Shown: positions 26,480 through 36,589 of the stretch, one piece after another
How positions within the stretch are numbered: the stretch's first letter is position 1
Layout of the letters: the number at the start of each line of letters is the position of its first letter
DNA from: a virus
Taxonomy: Duplodnaviria > Caudoviricetes
Virus record (IMG/VR): IMGVR_UViG_3300033475_000057
Span: 1 to 44,126 of that record
Reading direction: 5' to 3' (one strand)
Length of the DNA stretch: 44,126 bases
The notes under the pieces: model-generated
Databases searched by the model: none
Told to the model about the DNA's origin: nothing
The model's input: the letters and a program-made list of their open reading frames with translations, nothing else
Made by a program: the position numbers and the translations under genes

Positions 26480-29070
26480 TTCGGCACCTTCGGCATGGTG
26501 GGAGCAATGTTCAAAACGACCGGCCCATTCTTGCCGACCAGCGCACCGGTTCCTGTCGTGAGCAGATATTGCGAGCCTGACATTTTGCGCAGGCCATAAG
26601 CATCGAAATTATCAGCCGGCGTTCCAGCCAATCCATTGGCACGCATGGCGACGCCATAACCATCCTTCACCGCCTGCTCGAACAGATCATCGCTCATGCC
26701 CCATGGCTTCAGCACTTCACCATTGCCATGGAAGTCGACCACGCCACCGGTGACGGCAAGCATCGCCTCTCTGCTGATGGTTGAATCAAGCACGTCAGAC
26801 AGCACGCCTTTCTCGTTGGCCTTGCCAGCGTAATAGGCACGATAGGCTTGATAGGCGGCGGAATAGCCGGCAGCATCGCCCGTGAACGCGGTGCCCGCAA
26901 AGCCTGCGAACTCGCGCTCCATGTCGGTATTCTTCGGCATCGGAAACTCGCCGCTTCGACCATCCTGCTTCTTGTCAGCAGCCGTCGGATTCAGGATCGA
27001 CTCACCCTGAAGGATCGTGGTTGCGACCTTCTTCGGGTCGAACGACATATCCTTGCCAAACCAGCCGCCCTGCTGCGTCCATGCCTGTGCTGCAAGGATA
27101 TTGCCAGCCACTGCCGTCACCGGGCTATCCGGCGCGATCTGCTGCATCAGCGCACGATAGGCACTCGGATCGGACACTGAACTGCGCATGGTTTCGAGAT
27201 ACTGCACGCGGGCCGCCGTCGGGAATGAGCGCATGACAGCAGACATGGCCTGAGCTTCCTGATTGGTCAGGAGCTTCATCGGCGTCATGTACTTGTCACG
27301 CATCATCGTCGCCGTGGAAACGCGCTTCGAGAGTTCAGCGCCCATGGCATTGACATCCTGCACATTGATCGGCTGCGCGTTCGACAGACCGATGCGTGCC
27401 GCATAAGCCTGCGGATCAGATTGCTGCTGCGTCAAAATCTGCTGGGCCGCCTGCTCGCGACGCTGCTGACGGGCATCGGCGATCTGATAGCCCGCACCGC
27501 CGGATTGCGACAACGTATCGACCTCAGACCGAGACTGCTGCAGCGATGCCTGAATTTCGGCAGGCGTCATGGTCTGGAACTGATTCAGATCCTGCGCCAT
27601 GCCGCGGCTGTTCTGATAGTCCTGATAGCGTGCGCGGCCTTGATCACCATAGGCGCGGTCGAAATCAGCCGGCGAAAGATTGAACGGGTCCATCTTGCCA
27701 TCGGCATGCATCGCTCCGGCATCGCGTATCTTTGCATCCATATCGGTCGCGAACTTTGCATTGTCCTGACGCATCAGCGTTTCAGCCTGGCGCTTCAGTT
27801 GGATCTGCTTGTCCCAATCGAGGCCAGTGAAGCTCGATGGCTGATCGGATGCTTGAATCGAAAAGCCGGGGCCTGCATCGCTCGCTGTACCAGTGTCAGC
27901 GCTCGCCACCTGCACACGCGGAGCCGGACGACCAGCGCCACCGGTGCGCGCCATGATGCGCTGCACATAGTCTTGCGTTTCCTGTGGCGCATGCGATAGC
28001 CATGCATCGCCATACTTATCGACAAGCCCAGCAACACCAGTGCCTGCCTTGGCCGATCCGGGGCCCATGTTATAGGCCGCCAGCGCCTTGGCCGTATCAC
28101 CGCCAAATGTCTGCAGCTGCTTGTCCATGTAGGCGCGGCCGAGTGCTTCATTGTAGGACGCGTCTGAGCGCAGGCGTTCAGGGTCCCATGGCAGTCCGGC
28201 AAGTTTTGCTGCCTCCGGCCCGGTCCCCGGCATGATCTGTGCAATGCCAATAGCCCCCGCCGGCGATGTCAACGGCGTGGTGCCGTCTCGCGCCATTTGC
28301 TTGCCGCCGGATTCCTGATTGATCTGTGCCGCCCACAGCTGATCGCTGGCAGCATTCGAACCCGTCGTCCCCGGCACGCCTGAATTCTGTTTGAAGTCGC
28401 CAAAGCGACGACGATACCAGCCAGACGGATCGCGGTTCATTTCACCGGATTCAGCAGCGAAGCGCAGGCTTTCCTTGTACTTGCGGCCAAAATCGATCTT
28501 ATCTGCTTCTGTCAGATCATTGCGCGCGAGTACGGTTTCCATGCGGCGAGCATAGACATCATCAAAGCGCGCTGGATCGGTAGCGACGATATTCTCGTCG
28601 TCCTGTTGACCGGCTACCGTATCGGCATTGAGTTTAGTCGTCGTCGACTTTTGCTGATAGGCGAAGGCATTCGTCATCAGACGTGACTTCTGTCCAGCCG
28701 TCTGCCTCAGAAAGTACTGACGTGATGCCTCAGTCGGAAGCGCGGCAGCTGACTCGGATTGCCACTTGTCAAAATCGGTCGATAGCCCATCTCGGAGATC
28801 GGGATCCCCGACCTTCCAATTCTGGAAGCGCTTTACCGAATCCTCTTGCCAGTAAACGTCACTCTTGGAGAGCACGTTTGCGACATCGACTGCAGCGCGA
28901 TCCTCAGTGATCTTGTTGGCAATATCTGCGACCGACCCCAATGCATTCGCAGCAGTGCCGAGCGCCTGGCCCATATAGCTCTGCGAACTGACAGCCGAGC
29001 TCGCGCCCGGATTGGCCTGTACGCCTTGTGGAATGAACTGCCGCTTATAGGTCGGGATTGCGGTCGCCAT
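26476..29070 (-). CDS. Internal virion protein with lytic transglycosylase (SLT) domain
   Basis: QESGG, SPAGAIGIAQIMPGT, ALAAYNMGPG, ETQDYV motifs. Confidence 0.9.
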   Translation of the reverse strand: MATAIPTYKRQFIPQGVQANPGASSAVSSQSYMGQALGTAANALGSVADIANKITEDRAAVDVANVLSKSDVYWQEDSVKRFQNWKVGDPDLRDGLSTDFDKWQSESAAALPTEASRQYFLRQTAGQKSRLMTNAFAYQQKSTTTKLNADTVAGQQDDENIVATDPARFDDVYARRMETVLARNDLTEADKIDFGRKYKESLRFAAESGEMNRDPSGWYRRRFGDFKQNSGVPGTTGSNAASDQLWAAQINQESGGKQMARDGTTPLTSPAGAIGIAQIMPGTGPEAAKLAGLPWDPERLRSDASYNEALGRAYMDKQLQTFGGDTAKALAAYNMGPGSAKAGTGVAGLVDKYGDAWLSHAPQETQDYVQRIMARTGGAGRPAPRVQVASADTGTASDAGPGFSIQASDQPSSFTGLDWDKQIQLKRQAETLMRQDNAKFATDMDAKIRDAGAMHADGKMDPFNLSPADFDRAYGDQGRARYQDYQNSRGMAQDLNQFQTMTPAEIQASLQQSRSEVDTLSQSGGAGYQIADARQQRREQAAQQILTQQQSDPQAYAARIGLSNAQPINVQDVNAMGAELSKRVSTATMMRDKYMTPMKLLTNQEAQAMSAVMRSFPTAARVQYLETMRSSVSDPSAYRALMQQIAPDSPVTAVAGNILAAQAWTQQGGWFGKDMSFDPKKVATTILQGESILNPTAADKKQDGRSGEFPMPKNTDMEREFAGFAGTAFTGDAAGYSAAYQAYRAYYAGKANEKGVLSDVLDSTISREAMLAVTGGVVDFHGNGEVLKPWGMSDDLFEQAVKDGYGVAMRANGLAGTPADNFDAYGLRKMSGSQYLLTTGTGALVGKNGPVVLNIAPTMPKVPN

Positions 29071-29077
29071 GTCGTCC

Positions 29078-29692
29078 TCAGTTCAATTTTCTGCCGCCAA
29101 AATAATTGGCAGCGCCTTTCGTCAGCGCGCTGGCAGCACCGATATAGCCAGCCATGGAAGCCTGCCCCGCATTGGCACTGCGCTGCGCAGCGTTCGCGGT
29201 CTGCAATGCTTCTTCATCCGTATAACCGGCACGCTGCAGTGCGCCCTGATAGCGGATCGCCGTTGTATCGGCCTCGCTGTCATAGATCGACTGACGCAGC
29301 AGGTCCTCATTCAGACCAGCGCCGGCTTCACCACTGGCGGCAAGTTGTGTGCCAATAGCAGCGCGTGCACGACGGCGCTGCTCATCCTCGCGCATATTTG
29401 TTTCGACACCGGCTTGCGTTGCCCGTATTGCCGCGACCTTGGCATTGTAGTCTGCCATATTGGACGCAGTTTCTTCAGCCGCTGATGCCTGCTTTCCTTG
29501 CTGGATGAAACTGGCTGCACCGAGCGCTGCCGATGCAAGCGCCGCATAGGTCGCGAGAGAGCTCGTCGTCGCTGCTGCTGCCGTTCCTGCCGCTGCAGCA
29601 GTACCTGCGGCCGCTGTTCCAGCTGCTGCCGTTCCTGCCGCCGCAGTGCCACCAGCGCCAAGCGCTGCAAATGCCGCAGGTATGAATGCCAT
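29078..29692 (-). CDS. Small internal virion protein with AAAGT repeats
   Basis: Ala-rich; tandem (AAAGT)n near the N-terminus; position equivalent to T7 gp14. Confidence 0.75.
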   Translation of the reverse strand: MAFIPAAFAALGAGGTAAAGTAAAGTAAAGTAAAAGTAAAATTSSLATYAALASAALGAASFIQQGKQASAAEETASNMADYNAKVAAIRATQAGVETNMREDEQRRRARAAIGTQLAASGEAGAGLNEDLLRQSIYDSEADTTAIRYQGALQRAGYTDEEALQTANAAQRSANAGQASMAGYIGAASALTKGAANYFGGRKLN

Positions 29693-30117
29693 TACATCAC
29701 CCTCGCAAACAGTTCATAATCGTCGCCTTCCGGCGAATAGGCCCGCATGGTGCCTTCATGCTCAAAACCGAGCCGCTTCACCAACCGCAAACCGGGCCCG
29801 AAACCGCACAGCACATAGGCTTCGATACGCCGATGCTTGGCCTGCTTCAGAAACCCTTCAACAGCCCGAACGATGCCAAACATATTCGGGCCCGCATCCT
29901 TGGAAACCAGCGCCCAAACCTGGGCTCGATTCTCCCACAATTCGGCAATGCCGCCACAGCCTAAAACAACATCACCACTGATCGCAGCAAAGGCTTGGCC
30001 GGAACTCATGATCATCTGCTGGTACTCTGGCCGCTGGATGAGCGGACCGAACATGGCCTGCGATGGCTGGACATCTAGCGCCTGCAGATGCCAAGCGCGC
30101 AACGGCTCGATCCTCAT
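29692..30117 (-). CDS. GNAT-fold virion-assembly protein (T7 gp13-like position)
   Basis: VLGCGG...RRIEAYV...LVKRLGFEHEGTMRAY. Confidence 0.75.
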   Translation of the reverse strand: MRIEPLRAWHLQALDVQPSQAMFGPLIQRPEYQQMIMSSGQAFAAISGDVVLGCGGIAELWENRAQVWALVSKDAGPNMFGIVRAVEGFLKQAKHRRIEAYVLCGFGPGLRLVKRLGFEHEGTMRAYSPEGDDYELFARVM

Positions 30118-32354
30118 CGCCCGTCCTGAACGGTGATGATCGGCATTACGGCAACAATCGTCGCCGCCACTGGCTGGTCAATCTCGAAACCGTAATAGGC
30201 ATCCGTGTCGTATCCATTCGGCCAGTCCACAGTCTTATCTCCCGTAAAGAGCGGCACCGGCTGATCCATCGGATCGCTGGCCTTGCGGAACTGGAAGTTA
30301 TCGAGGCTCTTGCCATCGACCAGCACGCCGAATCTGCCGCCACCCGTATTATCCAGTCTCCAGGTGACTTTGTGGGCGCGTTTTGTCTTGCCCTGCGATG
30401 TGCCATCATTTGCGCCGCCTTCGATGCGCATTGAGCGCCAGCGCGCTGGGCATGACAGCCCGATCTGCACGATACTACCTGGCCGCTGCAGCGTGATCGA
30501 ACCGCTGGTCACAACGCGATCAGGATGCGGCGCGCCGTCGGATAGCACCGATACCGTCATGCCCTCGAGATAACCAAGGCCAGTGATCGTCGTTGTCGGC
30601 GAACCGTTATAGGTCGCCCCACAATCGAGATAGAACTGCGATGACTGTGGATCGCCGATGCGGAACCCACGTTCCATATATTCGACATAGCGGCGCACAA
30701 CGCCATTCACAGTGCGGCGTACGATCAGCCAGACTTCGGAGCGGTCGCCTTCTGCAGCCGGCATGACGGAAATCGATTCCACGAAAGCATCCCCGCCACC
30801 AACCGGATGCCGATGCCAGCCACGCACGCTCTGCTCAGGATTCCACGTGAATCCGATCAGTGCGCCATCAGCGCGGATACACCAGACAATCGGCGCAGGC
30901 TCAGAGGCGAACACGCACTGCACAACACCGCTTTTGGTGACGTGCTCGGCCAGCACCGTGGCGTTGGACGATTTATACGCATCAGAGCCGAAATCGTAGG
31001 ATGTCTCACGCGCCTCAAGGCCGGAGCGCTTGAAGAACAGCAGGGCATCGACATTCTTGACTGGTACGACAGCACGCGAACCAAACTGCGACATGGCACG
31101 GGCACGCACATTGGCGGGGCCAAGCGGATCGCCATTCGCCAGGTCGCCAATGGCAAACTCACCACCAGCAGTGCCTGCGACCAGGTCGCGGTCAGGGGCA
31201 AGCCACTGGATATCATTGAGCTTGCCAGACGCCAGATTGACGGTGATTGCCATATCGTCCGTCACTTGCCCGAACGATTTTGGCGAATAGTCCTCATAGT
31301 CCGATGTCACAGACGACCATGCCTGGCGCTTTCGGCCCCACCAGAGGCGATCACGAAAGAAGGCGACGGCATAGGGCCAGCCCTCTACGGCAGACCATTC
31401 GGCATAAGCCCAGCGTGTCGTCGCATTACCGGAACTGACAACCTGCGACGGCAACTGCTGGATCACATCAGCTGTGACGACTGTGCCAGACGTGAAGCCG
31501 GTAATGCGAACCCAGCCATAGCCTGGATCCTCATAGAGCCAGAGCACGCCATTATCGCCATCGTTCAGCGCGCCCTCAGTATGCACCGGACGATTAGTGC
31601 CAGTCGTTGCCGAGTTCTGTGCAATATAGGTTTTGCTATCGCTGCGGCGCTCAGCGCCAACAGTGATCGCCTTGGAGACTTCCCATGCCGGGATTGCATT
31701 GAGGTTCTTCGATTCGAGATAGAACAGCGAGCCGACATGACCTGCCTGAAAGATCGCAGATGAGGCCGTGAGTGTGATGCCCGTCCCTGTCGCTGCACTC
31801 GCATAGACCGTCGTCGTCGTATCATTCAGCGACTTCCATGGTCCGCCCTTCGACTGAAACAGATCGAGCTCGAACGTCGTCGCAGTCAGGCGCTTTAGGA
31901 TGCGCTGCTGATAGTCTGGCGAGGCGATATAGAGGAAGTCACCCGACTGCGTGAACTGCAGGCGCGGCGTGCCATCGGTGTTGTAGAGGTTCGCAATCGT
32001 GTAAGGCGTAGCGATCTCATAGGGAACACCAGGCGATGATTCGATAATGCCTCGTACCTTCGTCACTGCATCCCAGGTATAGAACCGCACATACTGATCG
32101 CCGAACTCGACCTGATAGGCCTGCGTCACGGAATATTCGAACACCTGCAGCAGCGGGCGACCAGCAGCAGAATTCTTCACCTCATGGACAAAGCGCGTGC
32201 CACCACGACGGATGGCCGGGCCCTGCACTGATAGCAGGAAGTTTTCGCAGATCGTCGCGCCATTCGGATATTTCTCGAAATCGACGCGGCCGGCCAGCAG
32301 CGGAGAGAGCTCGCCGGCATTCGTGCTGGTGACAATCGGGGAAGCGCGTCCCAT
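30114..32354 (-). CDS. Tail tubular protein B (nozzle)
   Basis: NAGELSPLLAGRVD...QGPAIRRGGTRFV, WPYAVAFFRDRLW, GWHRH, LEGMTVSVLSDG. Confidence 0.9.
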   Translation of the reverse strand: MGRASPIVTSTNAGELSPLLAGRVDFEKYPNGATICENFLLSVQGPAIRRGGTRFVHEVKNSAAGRPLLQVFEYSVTQAYQVEFGDQYVRFYTWDAVTKVRGIIESSPGVPYEIATPYTIANLYNTDGTPRLQFTQSGDFLYIASPDYQQRILKRLTATTFELDLFQSKGGPWKSLNDTTTTVYASAATGTGITLTASSAIFQAGHVGSLFYLESKNLNAIPAWEVSKAITVGAERRSDSKTYIAQNSATTGTNRPVHTEGALNDGDNGVLWLYEDPGYGWVRITGFTSGTVVTADVIQQLPSQVVSSGNATTRWAYAEWSAVEGWPYAVAFFRDRLWWGRKRQAWSSVTSDYEDYSPKSFGQVTDDMAITVNLASGKLNDIQWLAPDRDLVAGTAGGEFAIGDLANGDPLGPANVRARAMSQFGSRAVVPVKNVDALLFFKRSGLEARETSYDFGSDAYKSSNATVLAEHVTKSGVVQCVFASEPAPIVWCIRADGALIGFTWNPEQSVRGWHRHPVGGGDAFVESISVMPAAEGDRSEVWLIVRRTVNGVVRRYVEYMERGFRIGDPQSSQFYLDCGATYNGSPTTTITGLGYLEGMTVSVLSDGAPHPDRVVTSGSITLQRPGSIVQIGLSCPARWRSMRIEGGANDGTSQGKTKRAHKVTWRLDNTGGGRFGVLVDGKSLDNFQFRKASDPMDQPVPLFTGDKTVDWPNGYDTDAYYGFEIDQPVAATIVAVMPIITVQDGR

Positions 32355-32363
32355 GTGTTCCCC

Positions 32364-33008
32364 TTAAGGAATAGTAACGCCAGAGGGATAGGCACTCCAA
32401 TCCTCGCCGGTTGCGAGGCCATACGGGCCATTGCGCGACTCGTTCCATGATCCTGAAGGGAACTCCTCTGGCGGGTTCTCAATGGCATCCATGGCGTGAG
32501 CACGGTCGATGGCGAGCTTATATTGCTGGGCAAGGCGCTGGAACTTTGAATCGGATTGCGTCAGTGTTTCGCAGGACTCCATCGCGAGCTTGCAGGCGAA
32601 GGCATCGACGAACAGCGGGTCCCAGCTGGCGACTGCGACGCGAGACAGATATCGCACCTTGAGCGGGGCGGTCAGATTGGTCATCAGGCGATTGCCTTCG
32701 ACAGACCATGCGCCGCTCTGGCGGGACGTTGAGCGCACATAGATGTCATTGACCTGCACCAGGCCGAGGTAATCGGATGGCAGCGGATACTGGTAGGAAT
32801 AACCCCAAGCTGGAGCATCAGCGAGCGCTGATAGTGCCGTGCGCTTCAATGCAAACTTCCACCAGCTGGCCTTCATTTCGGCATCTGCGACCAGATCGAA
32901 AATGCGATTGAGCGTGCGAGCCGGCTTGGTATCGTCGGTCAGCAGCAGGATTGGATCATCGCCGAGCTTGGTCAGCGCGAGATTTGCGACTTCGACTTTG
33001 CTTGCCAT
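32364..33008 (-). CDS. Tail tubular protein A (adaptor)
   Basis: MASKVEVANLALTKLG...WKFALKR...YQYPLPSD...DPLFVDAFACKLA. Confidence 0.88.
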   Translation of the reverse strand: MASKVEVANLALTKLGDDPILLLTDDTKPARTLNRIFDLVADAEMKASWWKFALKRTALSALADAPAWGYSYQYPLPSDYLGLVQVNDIYVRSTSRQSGAWSVEGNRLMTNLTAPLKVRYLSRVAVASWDPLFVDAFACKLAMESCETLTQSDSKFQRLAQQYKLAIDRAHAMDAIENPPEEFPSGSWNESRNGPYGLATGEDWSAYPSGVTIP

Positions 33009-33028
33009 GGCGTTCCCTTATTTCTACC

Positions 33029-33066
33029 GTTGCGCAATTCTACAGCGCAGGTGTGATTTCCTCAAC
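33029..33066 (-). promoter_or_regulatory. Promoter for tail genes
   Basis: Minus strand TTGAGG-17-TAGAAT; the 14-mer gttgcgcaattcta is shared with 20394-20407. Confidence 0.55.
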
Positions 33067-33069
33067 GCA

Positions 33070-33498
33070 TCACGACTGCTGAAGCGCGATGCATGTAAAT
33101 TGAACGCCAGAGGCGGAGCCAGCAAATACATTGAACACAGCACCTAGTAACAGCGTCGCCAAGTTCTGTGGGATAACCTGACCGCGATAGCCCTTGCAAA
33201 CGCAGCCAATGTAATTACCGCCACCATCAGTCGTCCACTGCTTTACCTTGAAAGTAATGGGTGGATTGTCTGCCGCTTCGATGTAAGTGAAATCAATGCA
33301 CGGCATGGATGAAAACGACCGGGTAAATGTGACAGTCGCCTCATTGCTTGCATTCAATGTGCCATTGGTCGCGCTGGTCAGGCGCGGGTGCATGTGGTCG
33401 CCACGTGATGCCGCCTGTTCTGTGCCGATCACGGCCGCTGTTGCTTCAGGATTTGGCGCTGCGCCTGATAGTGTGACAAGAGGATTTTCGAACGGCAT
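33070..33498 (-). CDS. Hypothetical virion-associated protein
   Basis: Start MPFENP at 33498; the ASRGDHMHP motif is seen in fibre-like proteins. Confidence 0.65.
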   Translation of the reverse strand: MPFENPLVTLSGAAPNPEATAAVIGTEQAASRGDHMHPRLTSATNGTLNASNEATVTFTRSFSSMPCIDFTYIEAADNPPITFKVKQWTTDGGGNYIGCVCKGYRGQVIPQNLATLLLGAVFNVFAGSASGVQFTCIALQQS

Positions 33499-33500
33499 GA

Positions 33501-33881
33501 TCAGAACTCCCGCGCAGTGATAGCAGGAGATCCAGATACTGCGATGATGTACCATGCCGACGTACTATTCTCGAGTTCGAAGTAGCCGCCATTGGCCGGA
33601 ACCTTTATATTGCCAGCGCCAGCAGAAGCAGCGGCTGGCGACACCGGGTTCAGCCACACATCAATCGTGCTGTCGTTTTTCACGTAGAAACGGCGACGCG
33701 CAGTGTTGGCAGGCATCAGCAACTGGCTGGTTGTGCTCGCCGTGATGCTGCGATCTGTCCCGCCAGCTGCAGATAGTTCTGCCGAAGAGTACACAGGCAG
33801 CGCATGCGTTCCGTCGCCAACATCCTTCATCTTCAGCCGGACAGACTGATCTTCATCAAGACGCACATTGACATCAACCAT
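33501..33881 (-). CDS. Hypothetical structural (beta-sandwich) protein
   Basis: LMPANTARRRFYVKNDSTIDVWL pattern typical of phage decoration proteins. Confidence 0.65.
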   Translation of the reverse strand: MVDVNVRLDEDQSVRLKMKDVGDGTHALPVYSSAELSAAGGTDRSITASTTSQLLMPANTARRRFYVKNDSTIDVWLNPVSPAAASAGAGNIKVPANGGYFELENSTSAWYIIAVSGSPAITAREF

Positions 33882-33896
33882 TCCATATACCCCTAT

Positions 33897-33924
33897 GAAA
33901 ACGGGCGCTTTCGCGCCCGTTTTC
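33897..33924. terminator. Intrinsic terminator after the head genes
   Basis: gaaaacgggcgc-tttc-gcgcccgttttc perfect 12-bp hairpin. Confidence 0.85.
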
Positions 33925-33928
33925 AGTT

Positions 33929-34111
33929 TCAGATCACATCGGCAGGCTGATCGGGATCGGCCTTTTCGCCCTTCTTGCGAGGGGCGGGTTTCTCCGGCTC
34001 TTCAATCGTGAACCACGACCCTTCCTTGATTCCGTCAGGAACCTCGAAGCGGTCGCCGGGCTCGCGAACTTGACCGAAGAAACCCCGTTCATGCGCGACA
34101 GCGGTAGCCAT
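33929..34111 (-). CDS. Small head-associated protein
   Basis: ERGFFGQVREPGDRFEV...SWF motif; follows the cement gene. Confidence 0.75.
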   Translation of the reverse strand: MATAVAHERGFFGQVREPGDRFEVPDGIKEGSWFTIEEPEKPAPRKKGEKADPDQPADVI

Positions 34112-34114
34112 CGC

Positions 34115-34543
34115 TTAGGTCGCCGACACGCCAGAAGGCAGGTATTGCTGAGCGTCCAGATCCTTGACCAGATAGGCCGAGGCCGTGCCGCCCGTGGTGG
34201 TCGCACCAGAAATGCGGAACACCACGCGCAGGTAACGACGCAGGCCGATCGGCAGCTTGATCTTGGCGAGGTTCTTGTTGGCAGTCGCCGTGGCAACGCC
34301 AACCGTCGGGCCGACAATCTTGTCAGCGAACGACGAGTTATCGGCCGAGTCCTGCAGCACGACCTGAATCGAAGCGCCTGCGCCAACAAGGGCGGCATTC
34401 ATCTTCGCGGTCAGGTACATGTTCTCGCCGATGCCGATGTCAGCCGCCGCACCCGTGTCATAGACATTGGTCGAGGTGATATCGCCGGCAGCAGCGGCCA
34501 CAGATTGGGCCTCTGCAAATGCTTCCTGGGAATCAATAAACAT
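34115..34543 (-). CDS. Capsid cement protein (Bbp16-like)
   Basis: MFIDS..FAEAQ...STNVYD...LQDSADNSSF...RRYLRV. Confidence 0.85.
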   Translation of the reverse strand: MFIDSQEAFAEAQSVAAAAGDITSTNVYDTGAAADIGIGENMYLTAKMNAALVGAGASIQVVLQDSADNSSFADKIVGPTVGVATATANKNLAKIKLPIGLRRYLRVVFRISGATTTGGTASAYLVKDLDAQQYLPSGVSAT

Positions 34544-34569
34544 GGTTCAGGCTCCTGTAATCGGACGAA

Positions 34570-35628
34570 TTAGACGACGCGTGCTTCAGTGCGCAGCAGG
34601 CGGTCCACGGTGCGAACCGGGACGCCGAGAAATGTCAGGGTTCCAGCACCTGCAAAGCCCGGTGCAACTTGACCGAACTGTTGGGTAGCCGGCTGGATGG
34701 CGAGCACGTTCTGCGAACGATCCATCGCGGCCTTGGCAAGCGCCGTGGTGATGACGCGATGACCATAGAGAACCGGGCGGCCCTTGTTCAGATTCGGGAT
34801 GCGGGCGAAGGCATCAACGATGAGTTTGTTGATGTGGGTCGCTGCAGTGATAGCCTGGGTGCCAGTCTGGCCAATGAGGTCGGACACGTCGATATTGGCG
34901 ATACGCACAGCATAGCGCCAGTCGCGAACCGACAGGCCGCACTTCCACTGCCAGCGGTCAGCATAGGCGCGGAAACGGGCCGGCGGTGTTTGCGAATCGA
35001 AGGCGTCGATCAGGCCAAGATCCTCATGCTGCAGACCAGCCTCGGAGCTTCGCGGATAGATGCCGCAAATGGTGTTCTCGTTCCATACGATCAGCCAGAG
35101 CGATGTGTTGTCAGTGCTGGAGCCACCTGCGTCAATGATGTTCGCTGAGGTCGTGCCAGCACCACCAGACAGCGAGTTGTAGCGTGCAGTCAGTCCAGTG
35201 AAGCGCTCAGGGTTCACATCGGTATCGCCGTAGAACAGCGTATCGAGGAAGTCTTGCGACATGCCTTCGATATGGGCATCGGCTTCGGACAGACGGAAAG
35301 CGGCAGTATTGCCGTTGAGCTCGGCCACGTCCTTGTCGATTTCTGAGCGCTGCTCGAGATTGCCACAGGCATCGGTGACTTGCGCGCGGAGAGATTTCGT
35401 CGGCTGGACGCCTTGATACATCTTGCGCCAAGTCGATGCCGGCAGACCGGTGCGAACAGTCGTCTGGTGGCCGGTCGGCAAATTGCCTTCCTTCCACAGA
35501 ATGTCTTGGATCGCGTCATTGTTCTGGCTGAGCAGTTCGATGACGGCGGCGGTTTCGCCATTCGGATCGATGGACTTAGCGAAATCGGTCAAAGTGACCG
35601 CACCGGGCTTTGTGGGCAGAGTAGCCAT
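34570..35628 (-). CDS. Major capsid protein (BPP-1 Bbp17/epsilon15 gp7-like)
   Basis: IELLSQNN...EGNLPTGHQTTVRTGLP...FRLSEA...LFYGD...PERFTGL...GLSVRDWRYAVRIANID...FLGVPVR. Confidence 0.95.
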   Translation of the reverse strand: MATLPTKPGAVTLTDFAKSIDPNGETAAVIELLSQNNDAIQDILWKEGNLPTGHQTTVRTGLPASTWRKMYQGVQPTKSLRAQVTDACGNLEQRSEIDKDVAELNGNTAAFRLSEADAHIEGMSQDFLDTLFYGDTDVNPERFTGLTARYNSLSGGAGTTSANIIDAGGSSTDNTSLWLIVWNENTICGIYPRSSEAGLQHEDLGLIDAFDSQTPPARFRAYADRWQWKCGLSVRDWRYAVRIANIDVSDLIGQTGTQAITAATHINKLIVDAFARIPNLNKGRPVLYGHRVITTALAKAAMDRSQNVLAIQPATQQFGQVAPGFAGAGTLTFLGVPVRTVDRLLRTEARVV

Positions 35629-35747
35629 GTGAGCTCCTAGAGAGATATACGGTTACTCGATGCCGCACGCCTCAGTTGTCGCGTGAAAACAACATCGATT
35701 GATGCGCAATCTACATCACATAGCACTGTTGCATCAACGCAACACCC

Positions 35748-35776
35748 AAAAAGAAAGCCCGCCATAAAGACGGGCA
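35748..35776 (-). terminator. Intrinsic terminator between scaffold and capsid genes
   Basis: Minus strand gcccgtc-ttta-tggcgggc followed by tttcttttt. Confidence 0.7.
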
Positions 35777-35796
35777 TTGTTGCGTAAATACAACAG

Positions 35797-36558
35797 TCAG
35801 GCTGCCGGGCCCTGATGGTTCGGATACATGCGCTCAGCAAGCGATTTCGTCGGGCTGCCAGAAGTCTGTTCGCCAAGGCCAGGAGCGCCATGCTCGGCAA
35901 GCCCCTTCCCCATGTCGTGCAGCATCGTGATCACGCCGCGATAGCCGACCACGCGCTCGATAGCCGACACGACATCGCTGGCCTTCTCGGCAGGGAAGAA
36001 CTGGCGCATGGCACGCTTGGCGAATTCAAAGTTCTCGGCGTGCTTGTCGCCCCACTCTGTTTTCAGTGCGTCGGCCTCGGCTTGGTTCTTGGTGTTCATC
36101 GCCGTAATGCGCGCATTCTCAGCGGCCTGCCAGTCTGTTGCTGCCTTGGACTGCATCGCATTCCAGTCAGTTGCCAGACCCTTGGCCTGCTCGGCGGTGA
36201 TGCCATGCTTGTGCAGCAGTGGGGCCATCTGCTTGGCGAATGCATCATCGCTGCCTTCTGGGATCGGCAACTCGTAACCATCGGCAGTCTCAGGACGGCC
36301 GAGCTTGGTATAGAACTCCGCCCATTGCTCAGGCGTGGCGTCCTTGCCGGGCATGGTCAAGACTGGCGGTGCGTTCGGATCAGCAGCAGGCGCGTCTGCT
36401 GGCTTGGGTGCCTCAGCACCGAGTGCGGCAGCTGCGTCATTGACTGCGACCGGTGCGACAGCAGCCGGAACAGCAGGCGTATCAGTAGCAGCAGGTGCGG
36501 CAGCAGGCGTTACTGGTGCGGCAGTGGCAGCAGTTGCTGTGGAATTCTCATCAGCCAT
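35797..36558 (-). CDS. Capsid scaffolding protein
   Basis: Ala/Pro-rich N-terminus, LGRPETADGYEL, LKTEWG, SLAERMYP; upstream of the capsid gene. Confidence 0.85.
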   Translation of the reverse strand: MADENSTATAATAAPVTPAAAPAATDTPAVPAAVAPVAVNDAAAALGAEAPKPADAPAADPNAPPVLTMPGKDATPEQWAEFYTKLGRPETADGYELPIPEGSDDAFAKQMAPLLHKHGITAEQAKGLATDWNAMQSKAATDWQAAENARITAMNTKNQAEADALKTEWGDKHAENFEFAKRAMRQFFPAEKASDVVSAIERVVGYRGVITMLHDMGKGLAEHGAPGLGEQTSGSPTKSLAERMYPNHQGPAA

Positions 36559-36589
36559 TTCAAATCTCCGGGTTGGTGTGTCGTAAAAA

